64,000 bases of DNA, from assembly GCF_003057965.1 (NCBI RefSeq), contig NZ_CP020921.1:856916-920915 (forward strand). The letters are read 5' to 3'. Origin of the DNA: Thermodesulfobium acidiphilum. Lineage in GTDB: Bacteria > Thermodesulfobiota > Thermodesulfobiia > Thermodesulfobiales > Thermodesulfobiaceae. The translations under genes were made by a program, and so were the position numbers. Positions 19,027-27,610 of the stretch are shown one piece after another. Positions within the stretch are counted from its first letter, which is position 1, and each line of letters starts with the position of its first letter. Under the pieces are notes generated by a model. The model did not search any database, had not been told where the DNA came from, and was given only the letters and a program-made list of their open reading frames with translations.

Positions 19027-19827
19027 TCAGCAATTCAATATGACTTTCTGTACTGAATATTTCGATTGAGAAATTATTTGAGCTCCAAACCTAATTGATA
19101 TCTTGTTACTTGAAAACGATGCAAAAAAAGGAGAAAATCTATCGGAATATGACTTAACAGATTCAGTTGTTGCTAAAAATATTTTTTCAGGCATTATAAA
19201 GTATCCAATATTATTTGGACATAATGGTTCATGGACGATTAACAGTATATCGTGATATAAGCTATCAAATCCAATGTTTTTAATATCTGGATCAAATGAT
19301 CTGCTATCTCTTGATGGTAAGGAATTAATGAATAAATTAAAGAAATTTGTGCCTAAAATTAAATATGATGGATAGATAGTATTAATCCTTTCGAATTTCT
19401 TGGCAGCGCTCATAATATTTGGAACTATTAACTCATAATCAATAAAGATTGGTTCATATGAGTACTTATCAAAATTATTAATATTTTTAGGAAAAGCTGT
19501 GTAATAAACTTCATCTAATACGCTTTTTATAAACATTTTTGAAAATTGTTTTACCTGTGAATAGCATCTAGATTGTTCTTTCTTTATTAGGTTATTGAAT
19601 GACATATCATCTAATATTTCGTAATCTTCTTTTGATAATCTGGTAATGTAAATGTCATCTAAATAAAGTTTATTATTATCATCAATATTGGTAATTCCTT
19701 GAAAAAACTTAATGTTTTTCAATAGTAGATAGAATAGAGGACTTGATTGTAAACAAGTTTTTAAAGATCTTTTAACAAAATAATCATTTATTATATTTAA
19801 CATTTCGTCATAAAAATTTTTATTCAT
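19027..19827 (-). CDS. Hypothetical protein; putative HK97-fold major-capsid-like protein
   Basis: Intact 266 aa ORF; motif order resembles phage major capsid proteins (see finding). Confidence 0.55.
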   Translation of the reverse strand: MNKNFYDEMLNIINDYFVKRSLKTCLQSSPLFYLLLKNIKFFQGITNIDDNNKLYLDDIYITRLSKEDYEILDDMSFNNLIKKEQSRCYSQVKQFSKMFIKSVLDEVYYTAFPKNINNFDKYSYEPIFIDYELIVPNIMSAAKKFERINTIYPSYLILGTNFFNLFINSLPSRDSRSFDPDIKNIGFDSLYHDILLIVHEPLCPNNIGYFIMPEKIFLATTESVKSYSDRFSPFFASFSSNKISIRFGAQIISQSKYSVQKVILNC

Positions 19828-19907
19828 ACCTATAATTTTATATTAAATTTCAATTTTTGTAATTATTATTTATTTCTCCATAAACGTTTGGTCTTAGTTT
19901 GTTATTC

Positions 19908-20420
19908 TTAAGATTTTAAAGAACTTTGATATATCAAAGAATTTATTCTATTTTGAATAAATGATATTATCTCTTTCATCTCATCTTTAGATACCTTTGT
20001 GACAGATTTTGCTAGTTCTTTTATTTCGTTTTCATCCTTTCCTGTTAATTTTGAAATATAAAATATTTCCACTGAATCCTTATTATCTCCTAAACGTCCA
20101 CAACCACCTATTGTCCCTAAAAATTCATTGCCTATAAAAATAGGAATTACAAATTTAACCATCCCAGCATCACATTCATCTATAACGGTTTCTTTTTTAT
20201 CTAATGCAATTTTTCCTAATATTTGCTGAGCAACAGAACAGATCATAAGAGAGTTGCTATTATCTTTTATATAAGGACATAAAGCATTACCCATTTCTTT
20301 TGACCTAACCAGAATAAAGTTATCAGGCTTATAAACTACTCCAGTAAAGTTAAATTTCTCATGTATTTCTTCAACAAGTTTTGTTAGTTCTGACATAGGA
20401 ATAACATCTGTAATTTTCAT
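19908..20420 (-). CDS. Stand-alone PocR ligand-binding domain protein
   Basis: LCPYIK...IC, CDAGMVKFVIPIF....LGTIGGCG. Confidence 0.85.
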   Translation of the reverse strand: MKITDVIPMSELTKLVEEIHEKFNFTGVVYKPDNFILVRSKEMGNALCPYIKDNSNSLMICSVAQQILGKIALDKKETVIDECDAGMVKFVIPIFIGNEFLGTIGGCGRLGDNKDSVEIFYISKLTGKDENEIKELAKSVTKVSKDEMKEIISFIQNRINSLIYQSSLKS

Positions 20421-20669
20421 AAATAATTTCCTCCTTTAAAAAATTCTACAAAGTATTATGTTGGTTTTAGATATTATAGAAATTAACAAAAATATACTTA
20501 AAACCGTGTTCTTTATAAAGCAACAAGTTTTAATTATATCACTTTTAAATTTTTTAAAATTAAACAAGGATAATAAAAAATTATATTTTTAAATAATATA
20601 ATAAATTTTTTTTATTAATAGTATTTATTTAGTTCATTTAAAAGCTTGGCTTTAAAAAGGACAAACAAA

Positions 20670-20730
20670 TAAATAAAAACTCGCAATCCACTTATTTAGT
20701 ATTTGGCTGATAGTTTAAGCGAATTACGAG
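20670..20730 (-). terminator. 15-bp stem-loop followed by a U-rich tract
   Basis: Minus strand CTCGTAATTCGCTTA-N21-TAAGTGGATTGCGAG then TTTTTATTTA; mismatches are G-U pairs on this strand. Confidence 0.55.
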
Positions 20731-20744
20731 AATTAATTAATTTT

Positions 20745-21161
20745 CTAATTAAAGTTTCTAACATTAAAGAAAAAAAATCTTAAAATAAAATACAAAAACA
20801 TGCATACAAATATGTAGTTAACTGGATAAAATAGCATCTTTACATTATCTAATAGAAAATTTGAAACCAAAATATAAGGTACTAAGATAACAAAAAATAA
20901 TGAATTGGTTGCTATTTTAAGAAAAAAATATTTACCATAAAGATCATTAAATTCAGATTCAAATCCTTTTTGAGCATCCTTATTTTTTTGTGCGAGAGCA
21001 AGTATTGTATAGTATTTTATTTCTTCAAGCCTAATTTGATAATTATAAAGTTTGTTATAATTCTCTTTTAAAAGCCTAGGCCCTAGCAGATCATTTATCT
21101 TATCTGCAATAAAAATAACAAAGAAATTTATTATAATAAATATAACGTCTACGATCTTTAT
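20745..21161 (-). CDS. 138-aa membrane protein missing from the ORF track (TM, coiled coil, 2 TM); non-canonical start
   Basis: 139-codon open frame; ATA overlaps the upstream TAA; AGGAG lies 7 nt before an in-frame ATC. Confidence 0.65.
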   Translation of the reverse strand: MKIVDVIFIIINFFVIFIADKINDLLGPRLLKENYNKLYNYQIRLEEIKYYTILALAQKNKDAQKGFESEFNDLYGKYFFLKIATNSLFFVILVPYILVSNFLLDNVKMLFYPVNYIFVCMFLYFILRFFFFNVRNFN

Positions 21162-22189
21162 ACTCCTGGGAGATTTATTGCGAAAAAGCCCTTTAATATA
21201 TATCCAAATCCTACATATACTGCAAGAACTCCAAAAAGAATATAAAGAAAATTCATTGGCAAATACTTCTGTGTCTTAGGACCAATATATGCTCCAATTA
21301 GTATTCCTGCCATGCCTATAAGAATTGGTGGAGCTATCTTTATGCCAAACATTAACCAACCTACTATTGTTGAAAGCATGCCAAGGGTTACTGCCATTAC
21401 AGATGCGCCTGGAACAATATAGAAGGGAAGTCCAAGAACTATTGAGAGGAATGGAACATAAAGAAATCCTCCTCCTACACCAGCAACAGCAGATACAAAT
21501 CCTACCACTACGCCAAACAAAAAAGGTCCGAAGTTTTTTACTTTGAAGTGTTCTCCAAAGAAGTCAAATTCTACTGCTGCTAATCCAAGCTTTAGGTTTT
21601 CAATACCTTTTAATTCACTAAGACGTCCTTCAGCTTTTAACTTCTTTACTTCCTCCTGGAATCTTTTTGCGGCATCTTTACCTTTGCTCTTTGTCTTTGC
21701 TGCAAAGGGGGTTACCTGATAAAACATAAATATAGACACAAGAAGCGTAAGACAACCAAATATGCCTATAACGCTTGACATGTTTAGCTTTCCACCTGTA
21801 AGCCATACCCCCGCTTGAGCTCCTAATACGCTGCCAATACCCATAGCAAGACCAGCAGTCCAGATCAGTCTCTTGTTCAAAAACCACTGTATGGTACCCA
21901 TAGTAGTGTTTACGCTTGTAATAAGTGAGTTAGATAACCTTATATTATCTGACAAATACTTCCCTGAATCTATTTCTTTACCACCAACTGAAGCCTTTAT
22001 GCCTTTTAAAGAACTAGCCTTTGCACCAAGACCCAATACAGAAATATGGCCAAAACCTGCCATAATACCCCCAAAAGCACCTACAGTTGCCATAATCCAA
22101 CCGTTCCAAATTGACCAAAGAAAATATACTACTGCATCAATCTGAACCTTTTGATCACCAATTTGAAGCCAATCTACTGGAAAGATCAT
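21158..22189 (-). CDS. Sulfite exporter TauE/SafE (TSUP) family membrane protein
   Basis: VGAFGGIMAG, GVGGGFLYVPFL, GAYIGP motifs. Confidence 0.88.
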   Translation of the reverse strand: MIFPVDWLQIGDQKVQIDAVVYFLWSIWNGWIMATVGAFGGIMAGFGHISVLGLGAKASSLKGIKASVGGKEIDSGKYLSDNIRLSNSLITSVNTTMGTIQWFLNKRLIWTAGLAMGIGSVLGAQAGVWLTGGKLNMSSVIGIFGCLTLLVSIFMFYQVTPFAAKTKSKGKDAAKRFQEEVKKLKAEGRLSELKGIENLKLGLAAVEFDFFGEHFKVKNFGPFLFGVVVGFVSAVAGVGGGFLYVPFLSIVLGLPFYIVPGASVMAVTLGMLSTIVGWLMFGIKIAPPILIGMAGILIGAYIGPKTQKYLPMNFLYILFGVLAVYVGFGYILKGFFAINLPGV

Positions 22190-22338
22190 ATTGCCTCCTT
22201 TCTAAGATATATTTTACTTATAATGTATACTAATATATTAATCTCAGTAATTCAAGTATTATACTTGTATTTTTATATAATAATAATTTATCTTTCTATA
22301 AATAGAGTTTTATATAATTTATAAAACTAGTAAAGTTT

Positions 22339-23943
22339 TTAAAACTGTCCCCCTCTTTCATCTATCTTAGCTAAAAACTCTTTGTTATTTTTAGTTTTCT
22401 TAATATATTCAAGAATTAATTCAGTAACGTCACTTCCTTCTCTTGAGGACAAAACTCTTCTTAAATGCCAAATTTTTCTTAATTCTTCAGGTGTTAAGAG
22501 AAGTTCTTCCTTTCTAGTACTAGATTTCTTTAAATCTATTGCTGGGAAAATTCTTTTATCTGCAAGTTTTCTGTCTAATATCAATTCCCAGTTTCCTGTT
22601 CCTTTAAATTCTTCAAAAATGACGTCATCCATTCTGCTTCCTGTTTCCACAAGGCAAGTAGCTAAGATTGTAAGGCTTCCACCCTGTTCCACACATCTTG
22701 CTGCACCGAAAAATCTCTTTGGTTTGTGTATAGCAGAAGCATCAATTCCACCTGAAAGAGTTCTACCGGTTGTTTGAATTGTGGTATTGTATGCTCTAGT
22801 TAACCTGGTAATAGAATCCATAAGTATAAGCACATCTTTACCAATCTCTACTAACCTTTTTGCTCTTTCAAGAGCTAGTTCAGATATTCTTGTATGATTT
22901 TCTTGTTCTTCGTCAAAAGTCGAACTTATTACTTCACCTCTTACAGATCTCTTCCAATCAGTTACTTCTTCAGGTCGTTCATCAATTAAGACTACCATAA
23001 GATGAGTATCTGGATGATTAATTTCTATTGATTGTGCAATTTTTTTTAGAAGAGTAGTTTTACCAGCTTTTGGGGGCGCAACTATTAATCCCCTTTGTCC
23101 CTTGCCTATTGGAGTAAAGAGATCGATAATTCTTGTCGATTCATCTTCTGATGAATTTTCTAATTTAAACCTTTTGTGAGGAAAAACAGGCGTTAATGAT
23201 TCGAAATGTTTTCTGTTCTTTAGTTCTTCTGGTAAAATATCGTTTATATGATCTATTTTTATTAAACTGTAATACCTCTCACTATCTCTTGGTGGCCTAG
23301 TAAGCCCAGAAATTTCATCCCCCTGAAGAAGTTCAAATCTCCTTATTTGAGATGGAGCTACATAAATATCATTTGGTGATGGCTTATAACCATTTACCCT
23401 TAAAAATCCGTATCCTTCCTGAGTGATATCGAGTATCCCACTTGATCTTACAAGATCATCTCTTTTGTCATCTCTAGGATATTGCCTATCTTTAAAGGTA
23501 TAAAATTCTTTTTTTTGGAAAGTAGTGGCTTCTTTAACTTGAATGTTATTTTTATTGATCTCTTCTTGTGTTTTGGTAGGTTTTACTTCTTCGGTAACTA
23601 ATGCCTGTGTTTGTTCCTGATTTGTCGAAACAGCGTTTTCTTTTTTTCTCGTGCTCTTCAGTTCAATTTTTGCATCAGAAATTTTATCAAGCAATGATTC
23701 TAAATTAGTGTTATTTAAAGGTGTTTCAATTTCACCTTTACTTTCACTCTTTATACTCTCTTTGGTTGACTTTGTTTTTTTATACTCTTCTTCTTTGCCC
23801 TCAGTTTTCTTTATAGCGTTCAAGATTTTCTCAATTAATTCTGTTTTTTTCATAATGAAATAACCGGTGACTCCTACTTGTTTTGCAATTATTCTAAGCT
23901 CTTTTACAGATTTTTCATTTAATTCTTCGTTAGTAAATTTCAT
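22339..23943 (-). CDS. rho: Transcription termination factor Rho
   Basis: GYGFLR, PIGKGQRGLIVAPPKAGKT, DERPEEVTD, LSGG, FKGTGN. Confidence 0.98.
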   Translation of the reverse strand: MKFTNEELNEKSVKELRIIAKQVGVTGYFIMKKTELIEKILNAIKKTEGKEEEYKKTKSTKESIKSESKGEIETPLNNTNLESLLDKISDAKIELKSTRKKENAVSTNQEQTQALVTEEVKPTKTQEEINKNNIQVKEATTFQKKEFYTFKDRQYPRDDKRDDLVRSSGILDITQEGYGFLRVNGYKPSPNDIYVAPSQIRRFELLQGDEISGLTRPPRDSERYYSLIKIDHINDILPEELKNRKHFESLTPVFPHKRFKLENSSEDESTRIIDLFTPIGKGQRGLIVAPPKAGKTTLLKKIAQSIEINHPDTHLMVVLIDERPEEVTDWKRSVRGEVISSTFDEEQENHTRISELALERAKRLVEIGKDVLILMDSITRLTRAYNTTIQTTGRTLSGGIDASAIHKPKRFFGAARCVEQGGSLTILATCLVETGSRMDDVIFEEFKGTGNWELILDRKLADKRIFPAIDLKKSSTRKEELLLTPEELRKIWHLRRVLSSREGSDVTELILEYIKKTKNNKEFLAKIDERGGQF

Positions 23944-24015
23944 GGTGTTTTATCAAGACTTGGGGTTGTCCCTTGTCCTTCCTCCTTTCGTTTTTAAAAT
24001 TAAGTTAAGTCAAAT

Positions 24016-25272
24016 TTAAATAATATAGTCATTTAAAAAGTCTGCATAGTCTTGAGGTATGTCTAAAGTAATTTTTACTCCAGATGTAGACCATTCTTTT
24101 TCTAATATCTTTCCAGAAAAGTTCTTAATTAAATTAATAATTTTGGTTTTTTCATGGGGTAAAAAAATTTTAATTATTATTCTGTTTGGATATAAAAAAT
24201 ATTTTATTTTCGCTAGTAATTCATTAATTCCATAACCAGTTACAGCACTTATAAGACAATATGGTTTATATAATTGTGCAAGATCATGAATGTTTGTTAA
24301 ATTTGTACATTTATCAATTTTGTTAAAAACAAGAACACCTGGAATATCATTTGAATTTATTTCCTTGAGCACATCGTTAACACTTTTAATATCCTGTTTT
24401 ATAATTTCAACAGGCTTTGAGGCATCCACAACATGTAATAGAAGGTCTGATTCACTAATTTGAGATAATGTAGCCTTGAAAGCTTCTACTAATCTATGAG
24501 GTAGTTTTCTTATAAACCCTACTGTGTCTGTAAGAAAAACTTTTGTATCATCATCAAACTTTATTATAGCAGTTTTTGTGTCAAGTGTAGAAAATAGCTG
24601 ATCTTTTACTAAAACGTTTGAACTAGTTAAAATATTCATAAGAGTAGACTTCCCGGCATTCGTATAGCCTACTAAAGATATATTTGGAAAATTTGAAACA
24701 TTTCTTCTCTTTTTTATAATTCTATTTCTCTTTTCAATCAACTTTATTTCATTCTTTAATTTACTAATTTTTAAACTTAACGCTCTTTTATCTATTTCCT
24801 TTTTTGTTTCGCCTGGCCCCCTAGTGCCTATTCCCCCACCTAATCTAGATAAAACTTGTCCCCATCCAGAGGTTTGAGATAATAAGTAGTTTAACCTTGC
24901 TAATTCTACTTGTAATTTACCTTGTTTTGTACTGGCTCTTTTAGCAAAGATTGAAATAATTAACAAACTCTTATCAACTAATTCAACATCCCAAAAATCA
25001 CTAAGAAACCTGAAAAAATGCGGATCTACTTCATCATCTATTATAACAGCTTCAATTTCATTTTCTAAGATTATTTTTTTTATCTCTTCAGCCTTGCCCT
25101 TACCAATAAAGAAACTTGAGTCTTTATTTTTTAATTTATATAAAATCGAAACTACTGGTTCAAAATTTGCTGTTAAACAAAGTGCCTTCGTTTCATCTAA
25201 GAAGTACTCTACATTTTCATTTGAATGATATGTTTCTAAAATTAATGCTCTTTTAGGCTTACTTTTTAACAA
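24016..25272 (-). CDS. hflX: GTPase HflX
   Basis: GGGIGTRGPGE, VGYTNAGKSTL, DTVGFI, NKID. Confidence 0.96.
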   Translation of the reverse strand: MLKSKPKRALILETYHSNENVEYFLDETKALCLTANFEPVVSILYKLKNKDSSFFIGKGKAEEIKKIILENEIEAVIIDDEVDPHFFRFLSDFWDVELVDKSLLIISIFAKRASTKQGKLQVELARLNYLLSQTSGWGQVLSRLGGGIGTRGPGETKKEIDKRALSLKISKLKNEIKLIEKRNRIIKKRRNVSNFPNISLVGYTNAGKSTLMNILTSSNVLVKDQLFSTLDTKTAIIKFDDDTKVFLTDTVGFIRKLPHRLVEAFKATLSQISESDLLLHVVDASKPVEIIKQDIKSVNDVLKEINSNDIPGVLVFNKIDKCTNLTNIHDLAQLYKPYCLISAVTGYGINELLAKIKYFLYPNRIIIKIFLPHEKTKIINLIKNFSGKILEKEWSTSGVKITLDIPQDYADFLNDYII

Positions 25273-25277
25273 ATTTT

Positions 25278-26444
25278 TTAAAATTGTATACTTTTCGACT
25301 TCATTCTTTCAATAGCCTCTTTGATCCTATCTTCACTTACAGTAATAGCAAATCTAACATATTTATTCCCCTCTGAACCATAGCCGCTTCCAGGAGTAAC
25401 TACAATATTTGTTTCTAATATTAATCTTTCTGTAAAGGATGAGGCATCAAAATCTTTTGGTGTTTTTACCCAAAGATAAAAAGAACCTTTAGGAGGTTTT
25501 ATATCTGATCCTAAACTTTTCAGACCGTTAACCAATAAATCTCTTCTTCTAACATAAATGTTATTCATTTTTGCTATGAAATTGGAATCATCCCTTAGCG
25601 CTACCTCAGATGCCTGTTGAATTGCAACGAAAAGTCCTGAATCAACATTTGTTTTTATAATACCCAAGGCTTTGATAGCCTCACTCGATCCTACAACAAA
25701 ACCTACTCTCCATCCTGTCATATTGAACATTTTTGACAGGGAATGAAATTCAACACTTACTTCTTTTGCGCCATCAATCTGTAACAAACTAGGGCTTACA
25801 TAATTATCATAAGTCATCTCAGAATATGCCATATCATGGCAAATTAGAAAATCATATTTTTTAGCATAATAAACAGCTTTTTCAAAAAATTCGAGATTAG
25901 CTACAGCTCCAGTTGGATTATTTGGATAATTTAAAAATAAAATCTTTGTCTTTTCCAAAATTTCAACAGGTATTTTTTCAAACTCAGGTAAAAAATTATT
26001 TTCTTCGTTTATGGGCATAAAGTAAGGTGTTCCACCAGCAAGAATTGTTGCGACATTGTAAACTGGATAAGAAGGGTTTGGTACCAGTGTATAATCACCT
26101 TCATCAACAAAAGAAAAAGGAATATGTGCAATTCCTTCTTTAGAACCAATCAAGGCCATTACCTCTTTATCTGGATCCAGGCTAACGTTAAACCTTTTTA
26201 AAAACCATTCGGAAATAGTCTTTCTAAAAGAGTAGGTTCCTTCATATGGTGGATATCTGTGATTTCTAGGGTCTTCAACAAATTCTTTCATTGCATTGAC
26301 TACAAACATTGGGGTTGGTAAATCTGGATCACCTATACCAAAATCTATTAAGTCTCTACCTTCAGCTCTAAGTTTATTTTTCTTTTTATCAATTTCAGAA
26401 AATAGATAAGGTGGTACATTCTGTATTCTTTTCGCGGTTCTGAT
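25278..26444 (-). CDS. dapL: LL-diaminopimelate aminotransferase
   Basis: PPYLF, GIGDPD, IGSKEGI, NYPNNPTG, SLSK.FNMTGWR; start inferred at ATC 26444 behind GAGGAGG. Confidence 0.88.
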   Translation of the reverse strand: MRTAKRIQNVPPYLFSEIDKKKNKLRAEGRDLIDFGIGDPDLPTPMFVVNAMKEFVEDPRNHRYPPYEGTYSFRKTISEWFLKRFNVSLDPDKEVMALIGSKEGIAHIPFSFVDEGDYTLVPNPSYPVYNVATILAGGTPYFMPINEENNFLPEFEKIPVEILEKTKILFLNYPNNPTGAVANLEFFEKAVYYAKKYDFLICHDMAYSEMTYDNYVSPSLLQIDGAKEVSVEFHSLSKMFNMTGWRVGFVVGSSEAIKALGIIKTNVDSGLFVAIQQASEVALRDDSNFIAKMNNIYVRRRDLLVNGLKSLGSDIKPPKGSFYLWVKTPKDFDASSFTERLILETNIVVTPGSGYGSEGNKYVRFAITVSEDRIKEAIERMKSKSIQF

Positions 26445-26503
26445 TTTTAGTTCCTCCTCAATGAAGATATTTATTTTAATCCTAAGTTTATTTTTATAGA
26501 ATA

Positions 26504-26578
26504 TGGAGCGGGAAATGGGATTCGAACCCACGACCCTCGCCTTGGCAAGGCGATGCTCTACCGCTGAGCTATTCCCGC
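26504..26578 (-). tRNA. tRNA-Gly(GCC)
   Basis: Cloverleaf GCGGGAA...TTCCCGC-TCCA, anticodon loop TT GCC AA. Confidence 0.97.
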
Positions 26579-26590
26579 ATTTGCTTTTTC

Positions 26591-26674
26591 TGGTGGGCGA
26601 GAAGGGACTTGAACCCCCACGGTTTTATCCACCAGATCCTAAGTCTGGCGCGTCTGCCATTCCGCCACTCGCCC
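26591..26674 (-). tRNA. tRNA-Leu(TAG)
   Basis: GGGCGAG...CTCGCCC-ACCA, long variable arm, CCAGA CT TAG GA TCTGG. Confidence 0.96.
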
Positions 26675-26689
26675 CAGTGACTATGATGT

Positions 26690-26717
26690 ATTATAGTTAT
26701 AAATTTTTTTTTGTCAA
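26690..26717 (-). promoter_or_regulatory. Consensus sigmaA promoter for tRNA-Leu and tRNA-Gly
   Basis: TTGACA-16 nt-TATAAT, 15 nt upstream of tRNA-Leu. Confidence 0.85.
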
Positions 26718-26740
26718 TTGTTTTTTAAGAAATTTCAAAA

Positions 26741-27610
26741 TTAATCGATAAAACATTTTATAATTTCTTCGTAATCACTATGTCTTCTATCTCTAAAAAA
26801 AGGCCATATTCTTCTTACTTTTTCACTTTGATCTAAATCAATGTTTACATATAATATTTGTTCTGTTTCTTTTGCCCTTTCTAGATATTCTCCTTGAGGA
26901 CCACAAACAAAACTATTACCCCAAAATCTTATTTTTTGCTTTTTGTTTGATTCTAGGCCTACTCTGTTAACCGATATTACTGGCAGCGAATTTGCAATTG
27001 CATGAGATCTTTGAATTGTGAGCCAGGAATCTAATTGTTTTTTTTGTTCTAATTTACTATCATTTGGATCAAATCCAATTGCTGTAGGATAAATTAGTAT
27101 TTGCGCACCCTTAAGAGCCATAATTCTTGCAGCTTCTGGAAACCATTGATCCCAACAAATTAAAATCCCTATTTTTCCCAGACTACATTTTATTGGCTCA
27201 AAACCAAGATCTCCCGGCGTAAAATAATATTTTTCAAAATAACCTGGATCGTCTGGGATATGCATCTTTCTATATTTCCCAGCTATTTTTCCATCTTTAT
27301 CAAAAAGTATTACACTGTTATGATATATGCCTTGAGACCTTTTCTCAAAATATGGAAAAACTATTGCAATGTTATTTTTGCGAGCAAAGTTTTGAAAATT
27401 CTTTAAAATATCTGAATTATCATCCAATGCAAGATCAAAGTTTTTTGGGTCATAGGATATACAAAAATATTTATTTAAAAACAGTTCTGAAAAAATTACA
27501 ATGTCTGCACCATTTTTTTTTGCCTGTAATATTATTTTTTCAGATTGTAGGACGTTTTCATCAAATGTAAAGTTACAAATTTTTTGTACAATACAGACTC
27601 TAATTTTCAT
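26741..27610 (-). CDS. aguB: N-carbamoylputrescine amidase (CN hydrolase)
   Basis: E-K-C triad; YRKMHIPDDPG..EKYYF.PGD, ICWDQWFPE. Confidence 0.9.
   Translation of the reverse strand: MKIRVCIVQKICNFTFDENVLQSEKIILQAKKNGADIVIFSELFLNKYFCISYDPKNFDLALDDNSDILKNFQNFARKNNIAIVFPYFEKRSQGIYHNSVILFDKDGKIAGKYRKMHIPDDPGYFEKYYFTPGDLGFEPIKCSLGKIGILICWDQWFPEAARIMALKGAQILIYPTAIGFDPNDSKLEQKKQLDSWLTIQRSHAIANSLPVISVNRVGLESNKKQKIRFWGNSFVCGPQGEYLERAKETEQILYVNIDLDQSEKVRRIWPFFRDRRHSDYEEIIKCFID

Noticed and set aside
26445-26531. N-terminal extension of dapL in the ORF track
   Set aside because: Starts inside tRNA-Gly; the SD lies downstream at 26453-26459
26503-26751. 82-aa plus-strand ORF MEREMGFEPTT...
   Set aside because: Antisense translation of tRNA-Gly and tRNA-Leu
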